59,409 bases of DNA from Candidatus Xenobia bacterium (GTDB taxonomy: Bacteria; Vulcanimicrobiota; Xenobia; Xenobiales; QWHO01). Each line of letters opens with the position of its first letter. The stretch's first letter is position 1. Positions 9,507-18,434 of the stretch are shown piece by piece. A model generated the notes under the pieces. It saw nothing but the letters and a program-made list of their open reading frames with translations, did no database searches and was not told where the DNA came from. Both the position numbers and the translations under genes were made by a program. The stretch spans positions 1-59,409 of the forward strand of contig BTUM01000049.1 of the NCBI GenBank assembly GCA_045863235.1. Reading direction: 5' to 3'.

Positions 9507-9606
9507 GCTGACAGACCTGCTCGAGCTTCCTCAGAGCCTCGAGAATCGACTCCAGAGACTCCAGGTAGGTGGGGTCTTCTTGCTCCAACTGCTCTGCAGG
9601 CGCCAT
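9499..9606 (-). CDS. 35-aa acidic small protein
   Basis: Manual translation MAPAEQLEQEDPTYLESLESILEALRKLEQVCQLT*; GAAAGGA RBS. Confidence 0.6.
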   Translation of the reverse strand: MAPAEQLEQEDPTYLESLESILEALRKLEQVCQLT

Positions 9607-9711
9607 CGGTCTTGTCCTTTCAGAAGTATCGTTACGGATAGAACCCGGTCGGTCTGAAAAAAAACTGAAGTGAATTTAATTCAATGACCGAGAGGGTGAC
9701 TCCTGCCCGGC

Positions 9712-10890
9712 TCACCGGCGTAGCCAGTCGAGAGCCAGGGCGGCCGTCCAGGTAAACTGGCTGGCCCCCAGCCCCTCCCCGGTCAGCGGGTTGAAGTACT
9801 CACGGAACCCGCTGCGCTCGATCAGCTCCAGAGTGCGCTCCTTCAGCCCCGGCAAAGAGTCTGCCAACAGCCAGTTGACGTTGACCCAGGTAGGCCCGCG
9901 CCAGTAGCGCACGGGGTCGAACTCGGGGTGGTCGGGCGCGGTCGAGGGCAGAGGCCATTCGGTCCAGTAGCTTTCCCGCAGCCGCTGCAGGACCTGGGAC
10001 CGGACCGGCAGGTCGAGCATGGCCGGCAGGTAGGCTCCCACCACGTCCGCCTCCAACCGCTGGCCGGCTGCCGCGTCGTAGAACGAGAAGCGCTCCAGAT
10101 CGGGGTTGTAGAGCTTGCTCATGAGCCCTGCCTTGAGCCTCGCGCCCCGCCCGCGCTCGAGGCCGGCGTAGTCGAGCCGGTCGGCCAGCCACTCCAGGTC
10201 TTCCTCGGCCCGGGCCAGGATGGCGGTCATCATCGGGTCGTAGACGGCCAGAGGCCCCGGGCCGAAGTCCGAGTCGGCAATCTCCTTGACCAGCACGGCG
10301 TAGCGCTTGTAGTGATCGTCGGTGGGCCGCTGGGACGGATCCCCCACCCGCTCTTTGTCCACCCGCTTGAAGGGAGGTGCCTTGGCGGGGTCGATGGCCG
10401 CCATGGCGCGATCCCAGGCGGGGCTGTTGTCCAGGCCGCTCTCCCAGGGGTGCACCACGGCCACAGCGCCATACCCGAGCGGGTCGCGGGAGGCCCCAAA
10501 GAACCGGTGCGAGCGGTCGAGCGCTTCGAGCAGGGCGCGCACGCGAGCCGGGTCGGCTCCCAGTTCGAACAGACGGCGGGCTGCGCTGGCCCAGACCGGG
10601 GGCTGGGTGATGGACGAGCGGTCGCGGGTTCCCCAGAACTCTGGCCCCGGAAAGTAGTCGTCGCTCAGTTTGTGAAAGCGGATGTGCGGGATGCGCCCGT
10701 CCTCCCACTGGCCCTGCATCAAGAGCTCGAGCTCGGTCACGGCCCGGTCGAGGTCGATGTGGGCCCAGCCGATGGCGGCGAAGGCCGAGTCCCAGGCCCA
10801 CTGGTGGGGGTAGAGGCGGGGCGAGGGCACGGTGTAGCCACCCCGGTCGTTGGCGCGTAGAAGGTCGATGCAGGCTCGTTCGAGGCTCAT
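9712..10890 (-). CDS. GH63/MGH1-like glycoside hydrolase (glucosylglycerate/mannosylglycerate hydrolase family)
   Basis: YPHQWAWDSAF, TQPPV, HPWESGLDNSPAWD, YWRGPTWVNVNW, GFREYF, FTWTAA. Confidence 0.9.
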   Translation of the reverse strand: MSLERACIDLLRANDRGGYTVPSPRLYPHQWAWDSAFAAIGWAHIDLDRAVTELELLMQGQWEDGRIPHIRFHKLSDDYFPGPEFWGTRDRSSITQPPVWASAARRLFELGADPARVRALLEALDRSHRFFGASRDPLGYGAVAVVHPWESGLDNSPAWDRAMAAIDPAKAPPFKRVDKERVGDPSQRPTDDHYKRYAVLVKEIADSDFGPGPLAVYDPMMTAILARAEEDLEWLADRLDYAGLERGRGARLKAGLMSKLYNPDLERFSFYDAAAGQRLEADVVGAYLPAMLDLPVRSQVLQRLRESYWTEWPLPSTAPDHPEFDPVRYWRGPTWVNVNWLLADSLPGLKERTLELIERSGFREYFNPLTGEGLGASQFTWTAALALDWLRR

Positions 10891-11076
10891 GACGAGGACT
10901 TCGCACCGGGGCTTTCTCCGCCCTACGGAGCGTCGGCAGTGAAGCCGCCAGAGGGAACTTGCCCGATGCGTTGCTCATTGCAGTTCTCGCTCCCACAAGA
11001 ACCTCGTCTCCGGTAGGAAGCCAGGCCCTCCCGCGGAACAAGGCTCCATCTTGCGCTTCCCCGGCTCGAGCTGACC

Positions 11077-12360
11077 GTGTTCGTCCTGCGCGCTCTTTTG
11101 TGGGTGGGCCTCATCGTTTTCCTTTCCAACCTGACCGTGCCCGCACCGCCCCCCTCGAGCAGCGCAACCTTGCGCACCCCGCCTCCGCCCGTGCCTGATC
11201 CCGACCGCCGCTGGGCGGGCACCACGCTGACCTACTATGGAGAGCGCCCGGGCTTCGGGATGGCCTTCGAGCGCGCGCTGCTCAAGCAGTTCGAGCAGGA
11301 TACCGGCATTCAGGTCAACTACATCCCCCGCCCCCTCTCGGCCAGCGAGTGCTATGCCTCCTACCAGCGCGTCTTCCAGGCCCGGAGCCCGGACGTGGAC
11401 GTGATGATGGTGGACGTGGTCTGGCCGGGGGCCCTGGCTCCCCATCTGGTGCCTCTGAGCCTCTCGACGGAGGGCTTTCTGCCCCAGCTGGTCGACAACA
11501 GCACGGTGGACGGCAAGCTGGTGGCCATGCCGGGCTACCTGGGTGCCGGGCTGCTCTATTACCGCACGGATCTGTTGCAACGCTATGGCTACTCAGGGCC
11601 TCCCGGCAGCTGGAATGAGCTGGAAGAGATGGCAGCGCGCATCCAGGCCGGCGAGAAGCCCTCCAACCCGCGCTTCGTAGGCTTCGTCTGGCAGGGCTAT
11701 ACTTACGAGGGGCTGACCTGCAACGCGCTGGAGTGGCAGGTCAGCCAGGGCGGGGGCCAGATGCTCGACCAGGTGGACAGTCCGGCAGCGCTGCGGGCGT
11801 TTTCGCGTGCCGCCGGCTGGATCGGCACCATCTCACCGGCGGGCGTGACCGGCTATCAGGAAGAGGATGTGCGCAACGTCTTTGAAGGCGGCAATGCCGC
11901 CTTCATGCGTCACTGGCCCTACTGTTACGCTTCCGGCAACGCGCCCGGCTCTCCCGTGAGAGGCCGTTTCGAAGTTGCTCCCCTGCCCGGAGCTTCTGTG
12001 CTGGGGGGCTGGGAGTGGGCCGTCTCGGCCTACAGTCGCCATCCCCAGGCGGCCGAGCAGCTGGTGGCCTACCAGACCTGTCTGGAAGTGCAACGCTGGC
12101 GGGCCATCGAGGGGGCCTTCCTGCCCACCCGGCCCGAGCTCTACCGCGACAGGGAGCTGCTCGAGCGCATGCCATTTTGCGCCATCATGCCCGAGGTCTT
12201 CCGCCAGGCCATCACGCGCCCCAGCACGCGCTGTCGCGATCTCTACAACGAGGCCAGCTCGATCTACTTCCAGGGGGTGGCCACCGTGCTGCAGGGCGGC
12301 GATCCGGTCGCCTCCATGGGGCGGGTGCGCCGTGACCTGACCGAGCTGATGCAGCCTTGA
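11077..12360 (+). CDS. Sugar ABC substrate-binding protein (trehalose/maltose ThuE-like)
   Basis: DVVWPG, LLYYRTDLL, WQGYTYEGLTCNALEW, FMRHWPY. Confidence 0.9.
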   Translation: MFVLRALLWVGLIVFLSNLTVPAPPPSSSATLRTPPPPVPDPDRRWAGTTLTYYGERPGFGMAFERALLKQFEQDTGIQVNYIPRPLSASECYASYQRVFQARSPDVDVMMVDVVWPGALAPHLVPLSLSTEGFLPQLVDNSTVDGKLVAMPGYLGAGLLYYRTDLLQRYGYSGPPGSWNELEEMAARIQAGEKPSNPRFVGFVWQGYTYEGLTCNALEWQVSQGGGQMLDQVDSPAALRAFSRAAGWIGTISPAGVTGYQEEDVRNVFEGGNAAFMRHWPYCYASGNAPGSPVRGRFEVAPLPGASVLGGWEWAVSAYSRHPQAAEQLVAYQTCLEVQRWRAIEGAFLPTRPELYRDRELLERMPFCAIMPEVFRQAITRPSTRCRDLYNEASSIYFQGVATVLQGGDPVASMGRVRRDLTELMQP

Positions 12361-13220
12361 AGGAGCGTCGCCGTCTGGCCTGGCTGCTGCTGGCCCCCAC
12401 GCTGATCGTCCTGGCCGTGGTGGCCTTCTACCCGCTGGCCCAGACGCTGGCCTACAGCTTCACCGACGCGCGCCTGGGCTCGAGCCGCCCGGTGCACTTC
12501 GTGGGCCTGCGCAACTACCTCGACCTGCTCGCCGACCCCCGCTTCTACTCCAGCCTGAGCCTCACTGTTCGCTTTGCGGCCGTCACGGTGGTGTTCGAGT
12601 TCACGCTGGGGCTGATCATCGCGCTGGTGATCAACAGCCAGTTTCGGGGCAGAGGATTGATGCGGGCCGCGGTGCTGGTGCCCTGGGCCATCCCCACGGT
12701 CATGTCCACCCAGATGTGGAAATGGATGTACCACGACGTCTTCGGCGTGCTCAACGACCTGGGACTGCGGTGCGGGCTGCTTTCGGCTCCCGTGGCCTGG
12801 GCCGCCGACCCGGTCTACCTCTTCCCGTCTCTCTGCGCGGTGGACATCTGGAAGACCACCCCCTTCATCGCCCTGATGCTGCTGGCTGGATTACAGGTCA
12901 TCCCCTCCGACATCTACGAAGCGGCTGACATCGATGGTGCCTCACCTTTCCAGCAGTTCTGGGCCCTGACGTTGCCGCTCTTGCGTCCGGCCATCGTGGT
13001 CACGCTGATCTTCCGCACCCTGGACGCTCTGCGGGCCTTCGACATCTTCTACGTGATGGTAGGCAATCGGCCCCACTACCAGACTCTGGCCGTGTTCAAC
13101 CAGCAGGTGCTCGTTGAGTTCTCCCGGGTCGGCCCTGGCTCGGCCATCAGTGTGGTCATCTTCCTTCTGATCGCCTTTTTCGTGTTCGTCTACATGCGAT
13201 TGTTCGGGGTGCGCGAATGA
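12357..13220 (+). CDS. Carbohydrate ABC permease
   Basis: DIWKTTPF, EAA loop IYEAADIDGA. Confidence 0.93.
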   Translation: MKERRRLAWLLLAPTLIVLAVVAFYPLAQTLAYSFTDARLGSSRPVHFVGLRNYLDLLADPRFYSSLSLTVRFAAVTVVFEFTLGLIIALVINSQFRGRGLMRAAVLVPWAIPTVMSTQMWKWMYHDVFGVLNDLGLRCGLLSAPVAWAADPVYLFPSLCAVDIWKTTPFIALMLLAGLQVIPSDIYEAADIDGASPFQQFWALTLPLLRPAIVVTLIFRTLDALRAFDIFYVMVGNRPHYQTLAVFNQQVLVEFSRVGPGSAISVVIFLLIAFFVFVYMRLFGVRE

Positions 13221-14044
13221 GGCGGCTCTCGTTCTACGCTCTGTTGACGCTCATCATCGGCTACACCGTCTTCCCCTACTACTGGGCTTTCGTAAGCTCG
13301 ATCAAGCCTAACTCCGAGCTCTTTGCCACTCCGGTCAGCCTCTGGCCCGAGCACCCCACCCTCGAGAACTACGGCCTGGTGCTGAGCAATGCCGGTTTCC
13401 TGCAGGCCCTGGTCAACTCGGCCGCGGTCTGCCTGGCCAGTGTGACCATGGCTCTCAGCTTCGGGTCGCTGGCTGCCTACGCGCTGGGACGCTTCCAGTT
13501 TCGGGGACGCACAGCAACGCTCTATCTGGTCCTCTCCATGACCATGTTCCCCCAGATCGCAGTGCTGGGAGGCCTCTACACCATCATCAACCAGATCGGC
13601 CTGTTCAACCGGCTGCCGGCCCTGATGTTGAGCTATCTGCTGTTCACCCTTCCCTTTACGGTATGGGTGCTGACCAATTTCTTCAAGCAGCTCCCGGGCG
13701 AGCTCGAGGAGGCGGCCATCGTGGACGGGGCCACCCCGATGCAGACCTATCGGCTCATCCTGTTGCCCCTGCTGAGCCCGGCCCTGGTGACCACCGGCCT
13801 GCTGGCCTTCATCCAGTGCTGGAACGAGTTCCTTTATGCGCTCTCCTTCATGCAGACGCCCGACCGTTACACCGTGACCCGGGCCATCTTCAGCTTCGCG
13901 GGGGTGACCGGCAGCGGCTATGAGATCCCCTGGGGCCAGATGATGGCCGCCACCATTCTTGTCACCCTGCCCCTGCTGGTTCTGGTGCTGATCCTGCAGA
14001 ACCGTATCATCGCCGGCCTCACGGGAGGAGCCGTCAAGGGTTGA
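13217..14044 (+). CDS. Carbohydrate ABC permease
   Basis: ELEEAAIVDGA, WNEFLYAL, GLTGGAVKG end. Confidence 0.93.
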   Translation: MRRLSFYALLTLIIGYTVFPYYWAFVSSIKPNSELFATPVSLWPEHPTLENYGLVLSNAGFLQALVNSAAVCLASVTMALSFGSLAAYALGRFQFRGRTATLYLVLSMTMFPQIAVLGGLYTIINQIGLFNRLPALMLSYLLFTLPFTVWVLTNFFKQLPGELEEAAIVDGATPMQTYRLILLPLLSPALVTTGLLAFIQCWNEFLYALSFMQTPDRYTVTRAIFSFAGVTGSGYEIPWGQMMAATILVTLPLLVLVLILQNRIIAGLTGGAVKG

Positions 14045-14060
14045 GCGGAACACGCCCGGC

Positions 14061-14798
14061 ATGCAGGTGACCTGTCGTTTGTGCCGCCTTCGATTCGACC
14101 TCGTCGACCCTTCTGCCACCGAGGTGCGCTGTCCGCGTTGCGAGGGGAAGGTTAAGATCGAGCCCGAGATGCTGCAGCAACCCTCCGCCACGAAGCCTCC
14201 GGTGGGCTGTCCGGGTTGCCTGAACCTGCTCGGCCCCACCGAGCAATATCCCGTGCACTGCCGCTACTGCGGCTACCACATCCAGCAGGAAGAGGGCGAG
14301 AGGCTGGGCGCCTCGCTCAAGGGCCTGGAAGGTCGCCTGAAGAGCTATCTCATGGCCGGTGGGAGCCCCAGCGAGGCGGTGCGCTTGATCGAGCAGTTGG
14401 GAGTGACCTCCGAGCAGGCCTTCGGCTATGTGGACAAGCGCGTGCTGGAGGTGCCCTTCGAGCGGCATCCGCTCTGGAAAGCGAACCAGCGAGTGACCAT
14501 GGCCCCGACCTGCGACTCGTGCGGAGTGGCCGGGCACCTCTCCCCCTACCAGGCGACCTGGAACGTGCGCGAGGAAGAGCTCAAGCGCTACCGCGAGGGT
14601 TGGGGCGGCTTTCACGATACCGAGCTGAAGCAGTCGCGCAAGGCCCTCTACTTTCTCTGCAAGGACTGCACCAAGCTGCCGCCCGAGCGATTCGCGGGCG
14701 GCTACCCGGCTCGCAACGGGTTCATCTGGAACCGCCTGGAGGCGGTCAAAGCGACCTTTCCGCCCCCCGAGCCGGTGGAGCTGGTCCTGAAGGCCTAG
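14061..14798 (+). CDS. Multi-zinc-finger hypothetical protein
   Basis: Six CxxC pairs. Confidence 0.75.
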   Translation: MQVTCRLCRLRFDLVDPSATEVRCPRCEGKVKIEPEMLQQPSATKPPVGCPGCLNLLGPTEQYPVHCRYCGYHIQQEEGERLGASLKGLEGRLKSYLMAGGSPSEAVRLIEQLGVTSEQAFGYVDKRVLEVPFERHPLWKANQRVTMAPTCDSCGVAGHLSPYQATWNVREEELKRYREGWGGFHDTELKQSRKALYFLCKDCTKLPPERFAGGYPARNGFIWNRLEAVKATFPPPEPVELVLKA

Positions 14799-14835
14799 CA
14801 GCCTGCTAGAACCCGGTGAGGTCCACGAGGGCTTC

Positions 14836-14866
14836 TAAAGTGCAAGGCCTTTGGTCTTGCACTTTA
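14836..14866. terminator. Strong hairpin between convergent genes
   Basis: TAAAGTGCAAGGCC-TTT-GGTCTTGCACTTTA. Confidence 0.65.
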
Positions 14867-14920
14867 CAACGCGCAGTTCCGGCGCGTTCGTCAGATTGTG
14901 CCAATGTGCAAAACCACACA

Positions 14921-15490
14921 TTAGCTTTTCTTCTCCCCCAGGTCGAGGATCAGGGGCAGGGTATACATGGCGCCTCGCCCCCCGTCGTAGCGGATGGGCT
15001 CGGTCAGCGGGGCGACCTCCAGCTTGCCCTCGTAGGCAGGCAGCCCCGGAGAGCTGGCCTGCACCTGGTAGGTTCCGGGAATCAGCTCCACCTGGAAGCG
15101 CCCCCGGGGATCGGTCTCGAGCGGCACGACGAATCCGTCGCTGGTGATGAACTTGACCTGGGCCGGGAACACACCCATCCCCCCCGGAGTGGCCGGAAGA
15201 GGGGCCGGTGGGGACTCGCCCAGCCAGCTCTTCTGGCTGTCGATGATCAGCCCCGCAAAGCGCGTCGGGCGGTGCGGGCCGGGCAGGATGTAACGGGCCT
15301 TTCCCTGGCCGAAGCATGATTTGCACCCGCTGGCCTTGCCCTGGCACTCAGGGCAAGCTCGCTGCTCCAGCCGGTCCCCTTCCCAGAGGGGCGGCTGGCC
15401 GATCTTGCCGCTCATGAGCAGGGCCAGCGGCGTCAACATGAGAGCGATCGACAAAAACAGGACCAGCCTGAGCTTGGTTGCGAACTTCAC
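14921..15490 (-). CDS. Membrane-anchored protein with DnaJ-like Cys motifs and carboxypeptidase-regulatory-like beta domain
   Basis: N-terminal TM; CPECQGK, CKSCFGQG; TDPRGRF..L.PGTYQV.AS.PG; GTG 15490 probable start. Confidence 0.65.
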   Translation of the reverse strand: MKFATKLRLVLFLSIALMLTPLALLMSGKIGQPPLWEGDRLEQRACPECQGKASGCKSCFGQGKARYILPGPHRPTRFAGLIIDSQKSWLGESPPAPLPATPGGMGVFPAQVKFITSDGFVVPLETDPRGRFQVELIPGTYQVQASSPGLPAYEGKLEVAPLTEPIRYDGGRGAMYTLPLILDLGEKKS

Positions 15491-15564
15491 GCCCCTGGCT
15501 TCAGCACCCACCGCGCCGTTCCTTCGGCAGGCCCCGACGGCCCTGGAAGAGAACCGCGCTCTTG

Positions 15565-16620
15565 ATGGGCGAGCCCCTCAAGATCCTCTTTCTCACCACC
15601 ACCGACGATCAGGCGGCCACCTTCTTGCGCTCCTGGTTCTACCGCCTCTCGGCCCAGGAGGCCGAGGTCAGCCTGGCTACCACCGTGGCCTACTTCCGCG
15701 ATGAGCTGGAGGAGGCCGGGGCCCAGGTGCTGGACCTGAGCTTCTCGCCCCGACCAAATCTGACGAGTGATCTGGCCTCGATGATCGATCTGATTTACCT
15801 GATCGGACGCCTGCGCCCCGACGTGGTCCACACCCACAGCGTGCGGGCCGGGTTTCTGGGGCGCCTGGCGGCCTGGCTGTGCGCCGTGCCGGTGGTGATC
15901 CACACGGTGCGCAGCCTGCCCTCCAATGGTACGGCCTGGGCCATGGAATGGCTGGCGGCCCGCTGGTGCCATCACCTGGTGGCTGTTTCCGAGCAGGACT
16001 TCGAGCAGGTCGCCCGCCGGTTGGCTCCCCGCCGCAAGCTCTCCCTGATTCGCGACGGCATCTCTCGGCACGACTTCGCCCCCCGCGAGGGCTCGCGCGA
16101 GCGGGTGCGGACGAAGCTGGGCCTGGAGGAGGGCGAGCCCCTGGTGGGACTGGTGGTAGAGCCGGGAACCCGTATCCTGGAGAGCTTGCAGGAGCGACGT
16201 CCCGAGGTCCACCTGGGTTACCTTGGGCTCTCGCGTCCCGACCCCGAGGAGCCCCGGGTGCACCACCTGCCCTGGGGGCGCTCAGGGCCGGACGTTCTGG
16301 CTTCCCTGGACGTTTTCGTGCTCACCTCGGCTCACCGTGAGCTGCATCCTCTGCTGCTGGGCATCATGCAGTTGGGCAAGCCGGTCGTCTCCCTGGTTCC
16401 CACCGAGGTCATCCGGCCCGGGGTGGACGGCCTGGTGTGCAGCGAGTCCGAGCTGGACGAGACGGTGGAGTTCGTGCTCAGCCACCCGGAAGAAGCGGCC
16501 CGGCTGGGGGCAGCCGCCCGCGAGCGGGTCGAGAGCGTCTACGACGACAGCGACTCCAAGAGTCGCCTCTGGTCGCTCTACCACAACTTGTGGTCGCGCC
16601 ATCGCTCGCGGATAGACTGA
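15565..16620 (+). CDS. Glycosyltransferase family 4-like protein (degenerate motifs)
   Basis: RPDVVHTHS..AG.LGRLAA, VVIHTV, AVSE, GKPVV, GVDGL. Confidence 0.8.
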   Translation: MGEPLKILFLTTTDDQAATFLRSWFYRLSAQEAEVSLATTVAYFRDELEEAGAQVLDLSFSPRPNLTSDLASMIDLIYLIGRLRPDVVHTHSVRAGFLGRLAAWLCAVPVVIHTVRSLPSNGTAWAMEWLAARWCHHLVAVSEQDFEQVARRLAPRRKLSLIRDGISRHDFAPREGSRERVRTKLGLEEGEPLVGLVVEPGTRILESLQERRPEVHLGYLGLSRPDPEEPRVHHLPWGRSGPDVLASLDVFVLTSAHRELHPLLLGIMQLGKPVVSLVPTEVIRPGVDGLVCSESELDETVEFVLSHPEEAARLGAAARERVESVYDDSDSKSRLWSLYHNLWSRHRSRID

Positions 16621-16688
16621 ACTTCAACGGTGTCCCGGGTCGACTGCGCCAGGCAGGCATAGGCTTTCGCCCGGGGAATTCCTGGGCG

Positions 16689-17483
16689 ATGCTGGCCTGG
16701 AATGCTCAACCCCCGCGCCCGGACCTGTCCTCTCCCTTCCTCTTGGAGGGGCAGGACGAGAAGACCGCCGTGCTTTTGCTGCACGGATTCGCCTGCTCTC
16801 CTCACACCATGCGCAGCATGGGCACGGCTTTGCACATGCGGGGACACACCTGCTACGCGCCCCTGTTGCCGGGCCACGGCGAGATGCTGGAAGACTTCAA
16901 CATGGTGCTCCACACCGACTGGCTGGATGCGGCCGAGGCCAGCTTCGACCACCTCAAGCAGCGCCATGATCGGGTCGCTGTGGTTGGTTTCTCGATGGGC
17001 GGGACGCTGGGTCTGCACCTGGCCACCGTGCGCGCCCTGCAGTCGCTGACCTTGCTGGCCACCCCGGTATTCTTTGGATCGTGGGTGCGCCGCTTCTACC
17101 CTATGGCGCGGGCCTTCACCTCGGCCCTTCCGGTGGTCTTCGACGTGGCCAACCATCGGGCTCGCAAGCGCAGGAAGCACGGGGTCCACACCGTCCTGCC
17201 GGTGCATGCCGTGGGCGAACTGCTGGCGCTGCTCGAAGAGGTGCGTCCGCGCCTTAATCAGGTCGAGTGCCCGCTCTTGATCGCCCAGTCGCGTTCGGAT
17301 CACACCGTCCCGCCCACCAATGCTCCGTTCATCGCCCAGAACGTTTCTTCGCGGTTGCGAAGACTGCTGTGGCTGCGACGGGCTTTCCACGTCTTGCCGG
17401 TGGACTATGGCTTCCGCCGCCTCGAGCACGAAACGGCGCGCTTTCTGGCCGAGGTCGACGCGCGGGCTACGTCGCTACGATAA
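16689..17483 (+). CDS. Carboxylesterase (alpha/beta hydrolase)
   Basis: LLLHGF, LPGHG, GFSMGG, DHTVP, FHV. Confidence 0.88.
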   Translation: MLAWNAQPPRPDLSSPFLLEGQDEKTAVLLLHGFACSPHTMRSMGTALHMRGHTCYAPLLPGHGEMLEDFNMVLHTDWLDAAEASFDHLKQRHDRVAVVGFSMGGTLGLHLATVRALQSLTLLATPVFFGSWVRRFYPMARAFTSALPVVFDVANHRARKRRKHGVHTVLPVHAVGELLALLEEVRPRLNQVECPLLIAQSRSDHTVPPTNAPFIAQNVSSRLRRLLWLRRAFHVLPVDYGFRRLEHETARFLAEVDARATSLR

Positions 17484-18327
17484 ACTCGAGCTGCGAGGCC
17501 ATCTCGACCAGCTCGTCAGCCTTCTTCTCCATCAGTTGCTGCTCGAGGGTGCGCTCGGCGGCCTGGCTGCGCGATTGCTCGGCATCGAGCTTGAGGCGCG
17601 AGGCCTCGGCGCCCTTGCTGCGGGACTGATCCTTGAGGCTGGTGGAGCGCTTCTCGGCATCGCCTGCGGCCTGCTCGGCGCTCTTGTGACGCTGCTGGGC
17701 CGCCTCGCCGCTCTGGCGGCGGCTACGGCTCTCGCCCTGCAGTCGGGTGCCCTCGGTGCTGTGGCGCGTCACCCGGGCCTCGCGGTCGCCGGCCTGAGCC
17801 AGGAGGCTCATTCCCTGCTGGTAGGACTCGTTGGACTTCTCCGATTCGGCGCGTTCAATGGCGCGCTCGCCCTGAGCCCGGAGCAGGTCAGCCTCGCGCT
17901 TGGCTCCCCTGGCCAGCGACTCGGCCTCCTGGGCTTGCTGCTCGAGCTGGCTGGCTTTGGAGAGCTCGGCCTCGGACTCGATGCGGGCCCGATCCGATTC
18001 CATCCGACCGAAGATCGACTCGCCCTGGGCCACGGCTGACTGGCGCTCGAGCTCCTGGGAGGCCTGATCGGCCTGGGCTGCCTGGGCGGTGGAGGTCTGG
18101 GCCTTCTCGTTGAGCTTGGCCACCTCGACCTTCAGGGCGGCCACCCGCTCCTTGAGATGGCCCAGCGAGGTGCGCTCGCCGTTCGCTTTGACGGCCACGG
18201 CATCGACCACGACGCCGCTCTTGTCTTGCCCCCCCTGGTTCTTCAGCTTCTGCAGGTAGTCGGCATAGGCTTCCAGCATCGGGGAGCGGGCACCGGATTT
18301 GTTGAGTTCTTCGATAGCTTCAGGCAT
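17467..18327 (-). CDS. Coiled-coil Ala/Glu/Gln/Ser-rich hypothetical protein
   Basis: Long ORF, heptad-rich; start at ATG 18327 inferred from promoter geometry. Confidence 0.75.
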   Translation of the reverse strand: MPEAIEELNKSGARSPMLEAYADYLQKLKNQGGQDKSGVVVDAVAVKANGERTSLGHLKERVAALKVEVAKLNEKAQTSTAQAAQADQASQELERQSAVAQGESIFGRMESDRARIESEAELSKASQLEQQAQEAESLARGAKREADLLRAQGERAIERAESEKSNESYQQGMSLLAQAGDREARVTRHSTEGTRLQGESRSRRQSGEAAQQRHKSAEQAAGDAEKRSTSLKDQSRSKGAEASRLKLDAEQSRSQAAERTLEQQLMEKKADELVEMASQLEFIVAT

Positions 18328-18333
18328 GTCCTG

Positions 18334-18428
18334 ATCATCTCTCATCGGCCTGAAAGGGTTATGAATATCCGATGAACTTCCGGCCACGCCCACCGTTTCA
18401 GGTTTTTTTCAGGCTCCAGTCGAGATAT
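18334..18428. promoter_or_regulatory. Back-to-back direct-repeat promoters
   Basis: Minus strand TTCAT-N6-TTCAT-N6-TTCAG; plus strand TTCAG-N6-TTCAG; each ends 22 nt before an ATG. Confidence 0.6.
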
Positions 18429-18434
18429 TGTGCT

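Noticed and set aside
18340..18349. GCCGATGA as a sigma-28 -10 element
   Set aside because: No TAAA at the 15-bp spacing; better explained as the spacer of the direct-repeat promoter
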